This document shows positions 8,927 to 17,020 of a stretch of 64,000 nt of DNA, piece by piece. Source of the stretch: Clostridia bacterium (lineage in GTDB: Bacteria; Bacillota; Clostridia; UMGS1883); NCBI GenBank assembly GCA_045638945.1, contig JAZUCF010000024.1, positions 93,275 through 157,274 on the forward strand, written 5' to 3'. Position 1 is the stretch's first letter; every line of letters starts with the position of its first letter. A program made the position numbers and the translations under genes. The notes under the pieces are model-generated. The model had not been told where the DNA came from, did no database searches, and worked only from the letters and a program-made list of their open reading frames with translations.

Positions 8927-9214
8927 AAATATACTTTCACATTTTCACTAATCATCATTATTTGTTAGTGTAATTCTATGGTAGCGGTCACTTGGAAACT
9001 AGCATTTCAAAATGGATTTTGGTGTCTGCCTTGCCCTTGCCGTGACTGCCGATTCGGACTTGACGAATTCTTCGTTCTTCTGTCGGTGGAGAGGAGTGTG
9101 TGCCGACCTTTTCAAAATTTCTTCGGTGGAATGACAAAATCCGTCGCCTTGTGTGGCAACAGTCTTGTTTGTGTAGTGGACGTGTCTCTCCCTTTCAGGA
9201 CTCCTACAATTGCA

Positions 9215-10159
9215 TTATTTTTCAACAACATCACTTGGCTCAAGACCATTTTCGCTAATAATATCAAGAATACGATTTCTTACATTATCATAATCATTTT
9301 TCATCCTTGACATACATGCTTTCGTGCATTCGTATGGCGGCCCTCCATATGTTATAGAAACACCTTCCGCGTCATTTACACAAATTTGTCCGTTACATAT
9401 ATCATCTAAAGTTTCATTATGTATTATTGTGTATGGAGAAACTTTAATTCCCCAAGTTTCCAAATCCTGAATAGCCCTGCTCTCTATCATTACCTCATAA
9501 CATTTTATCAAAACATTAGTAATATTATCTCCAGTATTTACGGCAAGCTGCTTGGTATAATATTCTATTTTTTCTGTCGCCGCGTGTATTACTTCAAAAA
9601 GCTCTGAGACTTTCCTCGACTCGATACTGTTAGTTAAAAAATTACACATCATTCCTGCCCATTGTTTCTTTAAGTATGCTTCAATATTGTTGAAATCAGC
9701 AAATGGCATGATAGCATTATTTGAACTGTTTTTTCGCACTTCATCTATAAATTCAAATATTTTTATATTATCGACACTTGGGTATATAATATCTTTTGTT
9801 TTAGGATTATCTTTGTTTTTCTGATATACATAATGTTCATTCAACACACTTTGTTCAACAAGAGTAAAGACAGGCAGTTTTTGTTTAATAGCCTCTTCAT
9901 ATTCTTTATTAGTAATTGACTTATCTTCATGATGATAGGCACCGCCAAATCTTCCGCCAATAATCAATACAAATATTTGACAATTTGAAACCTCTGCCAA
10001 ACAGGAATCATGAGTGTGAGTTCCTGGATTATAAAACACATCACCATCTTCACTCAAAACAGCCTCATATCCCACATTGTTAATGAAATACTTTATGTTT
10101 TCTCGTATGTATTTTAAATCGTAGCATGTTGAACTAACAAATACTCTTGGAATAGCCAT
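9215..10159 (-). CDS. DUF4062 (TIR-like) domain protein with an unrecognised C-terminal domain
   Basis: 314 aa. N-terminus VFVSSTCYDLKYIRENIKYFINNVGYEAVLSE...CLAEVSNCQIFVLIIGGRFGG matches my memory of the DUF4062 signature. RBS GGAGG lies 7 nt before the ATG. Confidence 0.65.
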   Translation of the reverse strand: MAIPRVFVSSTCYDLKYIRENIKYFINNVGYEAVLSEDGDVFYNPGTHTHDSCLAEVSNCQIFVLIIGGRFGGAYHHEDKSITNKEYEEAIKQKLPVFTLVEQSVLNEHYVYQKNKDNPKTKDIIYPSVDNIKIFEFIDEVRKNSSNNAIMPFADFNNIEAYLKKQWAGMMCNFLTNSIESRKVSELFEVIHAATEKIEYYTKQLAVNTGDNITNVLIKCYEVMIESRAIQDLETWGIKVSPYTIIHNETLDDICNGQICVNDAEGVSITYGGPPYECTKACMSRMKNDYDNVRNRILDIISENGLEPSDVVEK

Positions 10160-10192
10160 TACGATACCTCCACAATGTTTTTCGACAAAATT

Positions 10193-10221
10193 ATTATATC
10201 ATGAAAATGTCAGTATGGCAA
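10193..10221 (-). promoter_or_regulatory. Near-consensus sigma-A type promoter for the DUF4062 gene
   Basis: Minus strand reads TTGCCA - 17 nt - TATAAT, about 30 nt upstream of the RBS. Confidence 0.55.
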
Positions 10222-10290
10222 ATATTTTATACAATTTTATCCAATTATGACGCAAAGCCGTCGCTCTGTGTGCAACGGCTTTACGTTTTT

Positions 10291-11793
10291 CTATGCTCCT
10301 TTTTTATGTTCCTCAGATGTTTTGATAGTTACTTCTACTTTGTCTCTGTAGACAACAATTTCTTTTACGAAACTGCGAATAAGTTTTCTACACATAGGTA
10401 AATCATGCTTTAACATGAATTCTTTAAATATCTTTTTAGTATTATCTATATCATCAGAATTAACAGCCTTAGGCTTGTAATTCTTGTAGTAGTCATATTT
10501 ATTTTCTAATGTCATTTTCTTTTTTTCAAGAGCAATAAGCTTATTAATTATAGCTTCTGAATTATTGGTTTTTTCTATTACCTCTGTCAATCTATTGATT
10601 GAAAAATCAAGCTGAGTCAATTCATTTTTAACACGGATTGTATTAGTGCTATTTTTAGACTTATCTTTATTGAACTTTTTATCGAGAGCTTTTATTAAGT
10701 ATTTATAATTTTTTTCATCAAATATTATATCAGTGAGCAAATCAAGAATATAGTTATCCAGATAACTAAGATTGATGGCTTTATTGCAACAATCACCTCT
10801 ATAACCACCACATCTGTATGTTATATATTCGGTTTTATTTCTCCCTGCATAACTGGTGTTACCTGAAAAGGCTTTTCCGCACTCTCCGCAGACAACTAAG
10901 CCATTTAACAGATAATATCTCTTGCTGTGAAACCTACCTGCATTTTCTTTATTAAGCTTAGCTTTCTCAATAGCTTTTATGTATATATCATCAGATATTA
11001 TGCGAGGGATTCCGTTTGCAATCTTAATTATTTCATTTTCATCTTTGTACTTATGAGAATTGCGAGTACCATCAATGAACTTAGGTGCTGCTCTATTATA
11101 AATATACGTACCTGTATAACGCTCTGCATTATCAAGAATAGAACTGAAAGAATTCTTATTGAAAGGCAATCCTTTTTTAGTGGTGTAACCATGATTATTG
11201 AGGTAGTCAGCAATATTTTGATACGAATAATCATTAATATACATATCAAATATGAGTTTAACTGCCTTGCTTTCCTTTTTGTTGATTACATATTTTCTAT
11301 TCTCATCTACGTCATATCCGTAGGGAGGAACGCCCCCTGTATGCAATCCCTTGTATGCAACTTCTTTTTTTCCTTTCTGAACTTCTCTTCCAAGGTTTTT
11401 ACTATAAAATTCATTCATTGCAAATATCATGCTTTCAAGCATTTCGCTTTCGGGAGTATCATCTAAAGGCTCAATTACGCTTATGAGCTTTATTCCTTTT
11501 TTCTGCAAAAAACACTTATAGGAATATGAATCAATTTTGTTTCTTGCAAATCTATCTAATTTGTGAACTATTACGGCATATACATTTGAATTAGCAACAT
11601 CTTTCATCATTTGCTGAAACTGAGGTCTGTCATCTGTTGTTGCAGATTTAGCTTCATCAACATATTCGCCTTTAATTTTATATCCTTTTTCTTTACAGTA
11701 TTGTTCTATTGCTCTACGTTGAGCTTCTATTGACTCTTGTTTTTGCATGGTGCTTGAATAACGAAGATAAATATATACCATTTTAGTTGGCAT
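10291..11793 (-). CDS. Large serine recombinase (resolvase/invertase N-domain + recombinase domain + zinc ribbon)
   Basis: 500 aa. YLRYSSTMQ (catalytic Ser context), VHKLDRFARN, GGVPPYGY, CGECGKAF...YRCGG zinc ribbon, and a coiled-coil C-terminal region. Confidence 0.9.
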   Translation of the reverse strand: MPTKMVYIYLRYSSTMQKQESIEAQRRAIEQYCKEKGYKIKGEYVDEAKSATTDDRPQFQQMMKDVANSNVYAVIVHKLDRFARNKIDSYSYKCFLQKKGIKLISVIEPLDDTPESEMLESMIFAMNEFYSKNLGREVQKGKKEVAYKGLHTGGVPPYGYDVDENRKYVINKKESKAVKLIFDMYINDYSYQNIADYLNNHGYTTKKGLPFNKNSFSSILDNAERYTGTYIYNRAAPKFIDGTRNSHKYKDENEIIKIANGIPRIISDDIYIKAIEKAKLNKENAGRFHSKRYYLLNGLVVCGECGKAFSGNTSYAGRNKTEYITYRCGGYRGDCCNKAINLSYLDNYILDLLTDIIFDEKNYKYLIKALDKKFNKDKSKNSTNTIRVKNELTQLDFSINRLTEVIEKTNNSEAIINKLIALEKKKMTLENKYDYYKNYKPKAVNSDDIDNTKKIFKEFMLKHDLPMCRKLIRSFVKEIVVYRDKVEVTIKTSEEHKKGA

Positions 11794-11971
11794 TTTGTTT
11801 TAACTCCTTTCTTCTGTGTTTTTTAATGATTTTATAAATTACAGGAATATGAGTTTTCAAACCGATTTTATCTTTTTTTGTGCCTTCTAGAATAGTAATT
11901 TTAGAATGTTTGTATTTACTATTATATAGCATTTTTCTGTCGATTGTATATTTGGCAATCAAACTAATCAC
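11783..11971 (-). CDS. Small basic hypothetical protein (62 aa), overlaps the recombinase start
   Basis: ORF with a TTG start, lysine-rich, 11-nt overlap with the downstream recombinase ORF. Weak support only. Confidence 0.3.
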   Translation of the reverse strand: MISLIAKYTIDRKMLYNSKYKHSKITILEGTKKDKIGLKTHIPVIYKIIKKHRRKELKQNAN

Positions 11972-11998
11972 CCCCTCTCATTGCCAAATACTGTATTA

Positions 11999-12397
11999 TT
12001 ATTCGATTTTTATAAATGCGGTCATAGTATCTTTAATTTTTTTGATTTTCACATTGCAAAAGGACATAGAAGTTCTTTCACTAAAATCGAGTTCAAATGC
12101 ATTGGCTATGTATTCTACCAAGGCAGCATTATAGACGATTCCTTTACCCTTGTTGGATACACTATAATTATTGTCAGCACCTTCAATACTCTCTGCAATT
12201 ATCAAATAACCATGTTCAACATCATCAGCAAGGTTAATTAAATCAGGATTTCCCAATTCTTCATATAAGCTTTTTGACATAGTAAGTCTTTTGCCGTTTT
12301 CACAAAGCACTAATGAAATTGAGTGAGTTGATTTTCCTCCTTTCTTATTAGATACGTTGATTGCCTTAGCATTAGCTAAGATTTCATGTGCTTTCAT
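11999..12397 (-). CDS. Hypothetical protein (~132 aa)
   Basis: ORF packed between the primase and recombinase genes on the same strand. I prefer the ATG at 12397 (MKAHEIL). No family recognised. Confidence 0.5.
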   Translation of the reverse strand: MKAHEILANAKAINVSNKKGGKSTHSISLVLCENGKRLTMSKSLYEELGNPDLINLADDVEHGYLIIAESIEGADNNYSVSNKGKGIVYNAALVEYIANAFELDFSERTSMSFCNVKIKKIKDTMTAFIKIE

Positions 12398-12445
12398 AGC
12401 ACACACTTCCTCTCTTTTTTATATTTTAAATAATGGTACTATTAT

Positions 12446-13873
12446 TTAATTCGTAATTAAATCATCACTATTATCTTGATATGGTAAATTCGACTTGCAA
12501 TAGCTTGTACAATCTAAAGGTCTATGTTTTTTCAAGGAAATCCCCATAACCCTTCTATCGCAACCCGATTTCTTTATGGTAATATCCTTCTGACCTGTTT
12601 TTATTTTGAATAACTGTCTAAAATACATCCAAAACCTACTAGTTGTAATACGAGAATAATTAGTGTGATTATTTGCACTACACCAACTTTGAAATGCAAG
12701 GAAAATAGCTTTCTTTGTTTCCCATACACACATATCCTCAGATGTACTAACGAAAATGCATTCGTTCCAAAATGCCTCAAATGGATTAGACATAGTTATA
12801 TATTGATTCTTTAACTTTTCAATTTTCTTTGATTTTGTAAATTTATAGTCTCTGGACTCAAGCCTGTCAAGACCTCTTATTGCAAAATTAAATATACCAG
12901 ACAGTTCTTTCTTTAATTTTTTCTCTAGATGAATATCTGCAGTTCCGTCTTTAATTGAAAACTGCTTTTCAAATGGAATTATCATAATTCTACGATAGAA
13001 GCCATCTGAAATGTCCTTGAATTGAGGTAGAGTATTGGTGCTGAATATTAATTTGCAGAAAGGTTTAAACGAAAATACATCTTTACCCTTAAATTCTGCT
13101 GATATTGCATCACCACCTGTTATAGCTTTTAAATACTGTGTATCTACAACCTGACCACTATAGCTTTCGTTTTCGGTTGATATATTAACTAATTTATCTA
13201 ATAAAACTGATTTAGTAAATCTTTTAGAAAAATCTCTGATAGCTACAGTTGAGCAGTTACTATCTCCAATCAATGCCATAATCACATTGCATAATACCGA
13301 CTTTCCATTTGCTCCTGTACCAAAAAACAAGAAGAAACACTGTGCTGCATTTTCCTTTGTCATTAAGTAACCCAAAAGTTCCTGAATCACCTTTATTATC
13401 GCTTTATTGTTATCAAATACACTTTTCAAAAACTCAAAAAAATGTGGACATCTAGCCTTCTCATCATAAATTATAGGGAGTTGAACTGTGCAATAATACT
13501 TGGGACTATGTGGAATAAGTTTTTTGTTCTTTAAATCGTACATTCCATTTTTCAGACAGATTAAATCTTTATTTTTATTGAAATTACCACCATAAAACGC
13601 TATTCTCTTTAATGCAGTAAAATAAAATTCCTCAGCCTTTTTATTAAATGCATCGGGGAAAGAGGTTTGAAGAATGATTCTTGCCATAAAAGCTTTTAAT
13701 CTATCCTCCGAAATTTCCTTATAGACTCCGTTATGATACCTATAAAACTTTCCGTTACTTGCACAAATAATCTTATACTTTTTGTGTATATAGCGTGCAA
13801 ATGCATTGCTATTTAGATAAATTATACCTTTATCTGTTCTTCTGAAACCCATTTCTTTTTCTTCTTTAGTCAT
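12446..13873 (-). CDS. Phage/plasmid primase, P4 family (D5-like SF3 helicase/NTPase domain)
   Basis: Walker A FFLFFGTGANGKSVL, Walker B-like region, FKPFCKLIFSTN. I prefer the start at 13873 (MTKEEKEMGF), because the track's N-terminal extension runs through a palindromic operator and promoter. Confidence 0.85.
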   Translation of the reverse strand: MTKEEKEMGFRRTDKGIIYLNSNAFARYIHKKYKIICASNGKFYRYHNGVYKEISEDRLKAFMARIILQTSFPDAFNKKAEEFYFTALKRIAFYGGNFNKNKDLICLKNGMYDLKNKKLIPHSPKYYCTVQLPIIYDEKARCPHFFEFLKSVFDNNKAIIKVIQELLGYLMTKENAAQCFFLFFGTGANGKSVLCNVIMALIGDSNCSTVAIRDFSKRFTKSVLLDKLVNISTENESYSGQVVDTQYLKAITGGDAISAEFKGKDVFSFKPFCKLIFSTNTLPQFKDISDGFYRRIMIIPFEKQFSIKDGTADIHLEKKLKKELSGIFNFAIRGLDRLESRDYKFTKSKKIEKLKNQYITMSNPFEAFWNECIFVSTSEDMCVWETKKAIFLAFQSWCSANNHTNYSRITTSRFWMYFRQLFKIKTGQKDITIKKSGCDRRVMGISLKKHRPLDCTSYCKSNLPYQDNSDDLITN

Positions 13874-13945
13874 AATAATTTCCCTACCTTTGTTAGTTTC
13901 TTTTCTAATTTGTACCATCATTATATCATTTAAATTTCTTATTAG

Positions 13946-13993
13946 GTCGCAAACTTGCGACAAATTGACAATTATTGTTTGCTATGATATTAT
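13946..13993 (+). promoter_or_regulatory. Palindromic operator plus consensus-like promoter in the divergent region
   Basis: GTCGCAA-ac-TTGCGAC (13946..13961) lies immediately upstream of TTGACA (13965..13970) - 17 nt - TATTAT (13988..13993), reading toward the 166-aa gene. Confidence 0.5.
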
Positions 13994-14017
13994 AAAAAAA
14001 TAGGGAGTGGTTTTATA

Positions 14018-14518
14018 ATGCAATCAATAACAAATCGAAAAGATGATTTCCTTAAAAAATTAGATATTTATTTGCTTGAAACAGAAAATGAACGTAGTGG
14101 TGGCTTTGGTTCAACAGGTGTTTCTTTTTATAATAAATTAAGCAATTACATAGAAAAAGAATCACCAAAAAATTTTAAAGAGGAAATGTTAAAACACATT
14201 GATGAATATAAGAATAGAACAGGAAATAATGAGGTAGACTTATACAAAAAAGCACAAGTTGATAGACGAAGTTACTCAAGATTTCTTATAACAGGAACAT
14301 TACCAAAAAACGATATTATATGTTATTGTGTTGCACTTGAGTTAAACGAAAAAGAAACAAAAGAACTTCTTAGTTTGGCAGGTCACTCATTAGGTGATAG
14401 TAAATTTGATAGGATAATAGAATTTTGTATTAAGGAAAAATGTTATGATATTGATGATATAAATGAAGCACTGTTTCATTACAATCAAAAACTTTTAGGA
14501 GTTCAAAGAAATATATAG
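14018..14518 (+). CDS. Hypothetical protein, possible HTH-like DNA-binding region
   Basis: 166 aa with RBS GGGAGTGG. The segment VDRRSYSRFLITGTLPKNDIICYCVALELNEKETKELLSLAGHSL resembles short HTH-type regulators of Firmicutes mobile elements. Weak call. Confidence 0.5.
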   Translation: MQSITNRKDDFLKKLDIYLLETENERSGGFGSTGVSFYNKLSNYIEKESPKNFKEEMLKHIDEYKNRTGNNEVDLYKKAQVDRRSYSRFLITGTLPKNDIICYCVALELNEKETKELLSLAGHSLGDSKFDRIIEFCIKEKCYDIDDINEALFHYNQKLLGVQRNI

Positions 14519-14554
14519 TAAATAAAATAAACTTAACTATATATCATATTAATG

Positions 14555-14596
14555 AAAGCCAATAGGTAACTGTACACCTATTGGCTTTTAATATTT
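14555..14596 (+). terminator. Intrinsic terminator after the 166-aa gene
   Basis: aaagccaataggt / acctattggcttt 13-bp stem followed by a T-rich tail. Confidence 0.7.
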
Positions 14597-14615
14597 CTAT
14601 GAAAGGATGATTAAA

Positions 14616-16190
14616 ATGAATCTAAGCTATGTTTTAAAGGTTGTTCTGTATGCTCGGTTTTCTTCTGACCTGCAGCGTTCAGAAAGCATTGATGCACAAG
14701 TGCGTGCAATGAAGAAGTACTGCGAGCAACACGGAATGCAGATTGTTGACATCTATGTTGACGAGGCAAAGTCTGCAACCACAGACAAGCGACCTTCTTT
14801 CCAAAGGATGATTGAGGACAGTAAAAAGCACATCTTTCAAGGGGTTGTAGTTCACAAGCTTGACAGATTTGCAAGAAACCGCTACGATTCCGCTATGTAT
14901 AAGAGAACACTCAAACTCAATGGTGTTAGAGTGTTCAGTGTGCTTGAAAATCTTGATGACTCACCTGAATCTATAATGCTAGAGTCACTTCTTGAAGGTA
15001 TGAATGAATACTACTCAAAAAACCTTGCAAGAGAAGTTATGAAAGGATTGAAGGAGAATGCAATTCAGTGTAAGCATACAGGTGGTGTACCGCCATTAGG
15101 CTACTATGTTGACGAAAACAAACATCTTGCAATTAACGAAAGAGAAGCGGAAGCAGTAAGAATTATATTTGATATGTTTTCAAAAGGATATTCTTATGAT
15201 GAAATCACATCAAAGCTAAATCAGGAAAAATATTACACAAAGAAAGGAAACATATTTATACGAAATTCTATTTACAGTATTCTCACAAATGAAAAATACA
15301 CAGGCACGTATGTGTTTAATAAGTCATCATCAAAAGATATGAACAACAAAAGAAATTCGCATAAATATAAGGATGATGATTTGATTATAAGAATCCCAAA
15401 CGGTTGTCCTCAAATTGTTGATAATGAAACATTTGAAAAAGTTCAGCAAAGAATACTTGAAAACAAACATCTGTCGGGAATGTATAACGCCAAGCACAGA
15501 TATTTATTAACAGGATTTTTATTTTGCGGTTACTGCGGAAAGCGACTTACAGGTAACAGAAGATATGGAGGAAGAAACAAATCTCTTGCAGTTACATATC
15601 GTTGCTTAACTCACAAGGATATTTGTATCAGTAAGGAATATAACAGATTCTTTTTAGAAGATTTCGTTTTTTATCAAATCAAAGAGCATTTCGGCTATAA
15701 GTCAAAAGTTACTTCTATGTATAATAAAGTAAGTCGTTATCTAAACAAAAGCCGCAAATCTTTGCAATCAGAGTTACAAGCTCTTACTTCAAAACTGATA
15801 ACTGTTAATGAATCAATAGCAAACATTACTAAGGCTATTGAGAAAGGAATTTATAATGAAGATATACACAACAGATTAGAAGAACTCAAAGTTGACAAAG
15901 CAACTATTGAAACAGAAATATCAAAGAAATCACAATTTCAGGAAGTCAAATATACTGATGATGATATATTACAGACCTTGACCGAGTGCAAAGAGCTTAT
16001 CAGGCAACCTACTAACCCTGAAAATAGATGGTTTCTTAAAAAAGTCATTTCAAAAATTGTTCTTTATCGGGATGAAGTGCTAATTGTTCTCAAAACAGGA
16101 TTATCAGTTAATGATGAATTTGATACTGAAATAAGAGCAACAAGAAAAGAAATTTATGACTATGGAAGGAGAATAAAAAATGCTGGTTGA
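14616..16190 (+). CDS. Large serine recombinase (second copy, opposite orientation)
   Basis: YARFSSDLQ, VHKLDRFARN, GGVPPLGYY, CGYCGKRL...YRC zinc ribbon, coiled-coil tail. Clear paralog of 10291..11793. The ATG at 14616 has better spacing from AAAGGA than the track start at 14607. Confidence 0.9.
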   Translation: MNLSYVLKVVLYARFSSDLQRSESIDAQVRAMKKYCEQHGMQIVDIYVDEAKSATTDKRPSFQRMIEDSKKHIFQGVVVHKLDRFARNRYDSAMYKRTLKLNGVRVFSVLENLDDSPESIMLESLLEGMNEYYSKNLAREVMKGLKENAIQCKHTGGVPPLGYYVDENKHLAINEREAEAVRIIFDMFSKGYSYDEITSKLNQEKYYTKKGNIFIRNSIYSILTNEKYTGTYVFNKSSSKDMNNKRNSHKYKDDDLIIRIPNGCPQIVDNETFEKVQQRILENKHLSGMYNAKHRYLLTGFLFCGYCGKRLTGNRRYGGRNKSLAVTYRCLTHKDICISKEYNRFFLEDFVFYQIKEHFGYKSKVTSMYNKVSRYLNKSRKSLQSELQALTSKLITVNESIANITKAIEKGIYNEDIHNRLEELKVDKATIETEISKKSQFQEVKYTDDDILQTLTECKELIRQPTNPENRWFLKKVISKIVLYRDEVLIVLKTGLSVNDEFDTEIRATRKEIYDYGRRIKNAG

Positions 16191-16713
16191 AAAAAACATA
16201 TTAAAATCAGATTTGTCCTACAATGATGATAAGTCTAGGAGGTATTTGCTTCATATTGAATGGGACAAGACAAAGAAAAATGCGGCTATTGTTATGCTAT
16301 CAGCAGGAAAAGCAAACGGATTAGTGTTTGACCGTACTACTAATAATGTAATAGAAAATTTGGTTGAGTTAGACTACGGAAGTGTAGACATACTCAACCT
16401 TTTTTCATCTTTAGAGACCAAAATTGATGATGAAGCCGATTCAGAAAATCTAAAGATAATTGATGTTTCTGCAAAGAATGCAGACATTGTAATATTTGCA
16501 GCCGGAACAGGAAGAAAAGCAGATACGAGAGTGCAGTCACGGCAAAATGAAGTTTTAGCAAAACTTAAAAAGCACGATAAAAAATTATTCTGCATTGCAG
16601 ACAAGAACGGACAGAAATTCTACCATCCCTTATGTCCCAAGGTGAAAAAGTGGAACTTAGTTAAGTTTGATATTGAAGAATTAACAAAGAAAGGATATGA
16701 CAATGAGTATTAA
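16180..16713 (+). CDS. DUF1643-like protein
   Basis: 177 aa. RRYLLHIEWD...AAIVMLSAG...ILNLFS...FYHPL follows the DUF1643 pattern from memory. Its start overlaps the recombinase stop. Confidence 0.6.
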   Translation: MLVEKNILKSDLSYNDDKSRRYLLHIEWDKTKKNAAIVMLSAGKANGLVFDRTTNNVIENLVELDYGSVDILNLFSSLETKIDDEADSENLKIIDVSAKNADIVIFAAGTGRKADTRVQSRQNEVLAKLKKHDKKLFCIADKNGQKFYHPLCPKVKKWNLVKFDIEELTKKGYDNEY

Positions 16714-17020
16714 GCTTGGAACAAAAAAAGACCTGCGGAAGATTTGCCATTTGCCGACAAATGTGCAGAATGCAATCCGTGACGATGTCGAGGCTTTGGA
16801 TTGCTTCTATGGCGAAGGGAGGAACATTGACTCCGACATGGGTGGCTTTGTTGTTGTGTGTGGTGCAGACGAAGAGGTATGCATCCAAAATTTTGAGGAG
16901 GATTTGAGCAAGGCGGAGTTTGTGGAGGAGATTTCCTCGTTTGTCAAAGCTCTTTACATCTCAGGAACGGAAAGAAATATCATTATTTACAGAAGGAAAA
17001 AAGAAGATGGACAAACATAA
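16697..17020 (+). CDS. Hypothetical protein (107 aa)
   Basis: ORF overlapping both neighbours by a few codons (coupled). Locally higher GC. No family recognised. Confidence 0.45.
   Translation: MTMSIKLGTKKDLRKICHLPTNVQNAIRDDVEALDCFYGEGRNIDSDMGGFVVVCGADEEVCIQNFEEDLSKAEFVEEISSFVKALYISGTERNIIIYRRKKEDGQT

Noticed and set aside
9002-9214. 71 sense codons stay open in the same frame immediately after the DUF4062 TAA stop (possible readthrough extension or recent nonsense mutation)
   Set aside because: The translated peptide (CNCRSPERERHVHYTNKTVATQGDGFCHST...) has no recognisable motif and an odd His/Cys/Arg-rich composition. By rough estimate, an open frame of this length in ~48% GC DNA has a chance probability of a few percent. 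It is kept only as an alternative to check by comparing homologues' C-termini.
8978-9310. 110-aa + strand ORF in the track covering the GC-rich block and running antisense into the DUF4062 gene
   Set aside because: There is no RBS. The composition is Cys/Phe-rich and nonsensical. It overlaps a well-supported gene on the other strand. The region is better explained as non-coding structured DNA/RNA.
10249-10290. Hairpin aaagccgt...acggcttt just after the LSR1 stop as a strong terminator
   Set aside because: On the transcribed (minus) strand it is not followed by a U-run, so it is at best a weak terminator or processing site. It is used only as supporting evidence that the DUF4062 gene relies on its own promoter.
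13874-13963. N-terminal extensions given by the ORF track (primase 13963, Mor-like 16920, M13 peptidase 25796, TPR-TM 38694, lipoprotein 56555, secG 23787)
   Set aside because: The extensions lack an RBS, run through promoter/operator or terminator sequences, or precede an obvious signal peptide. Internal starts with good Shine-Dalgarno spacing are preferred.
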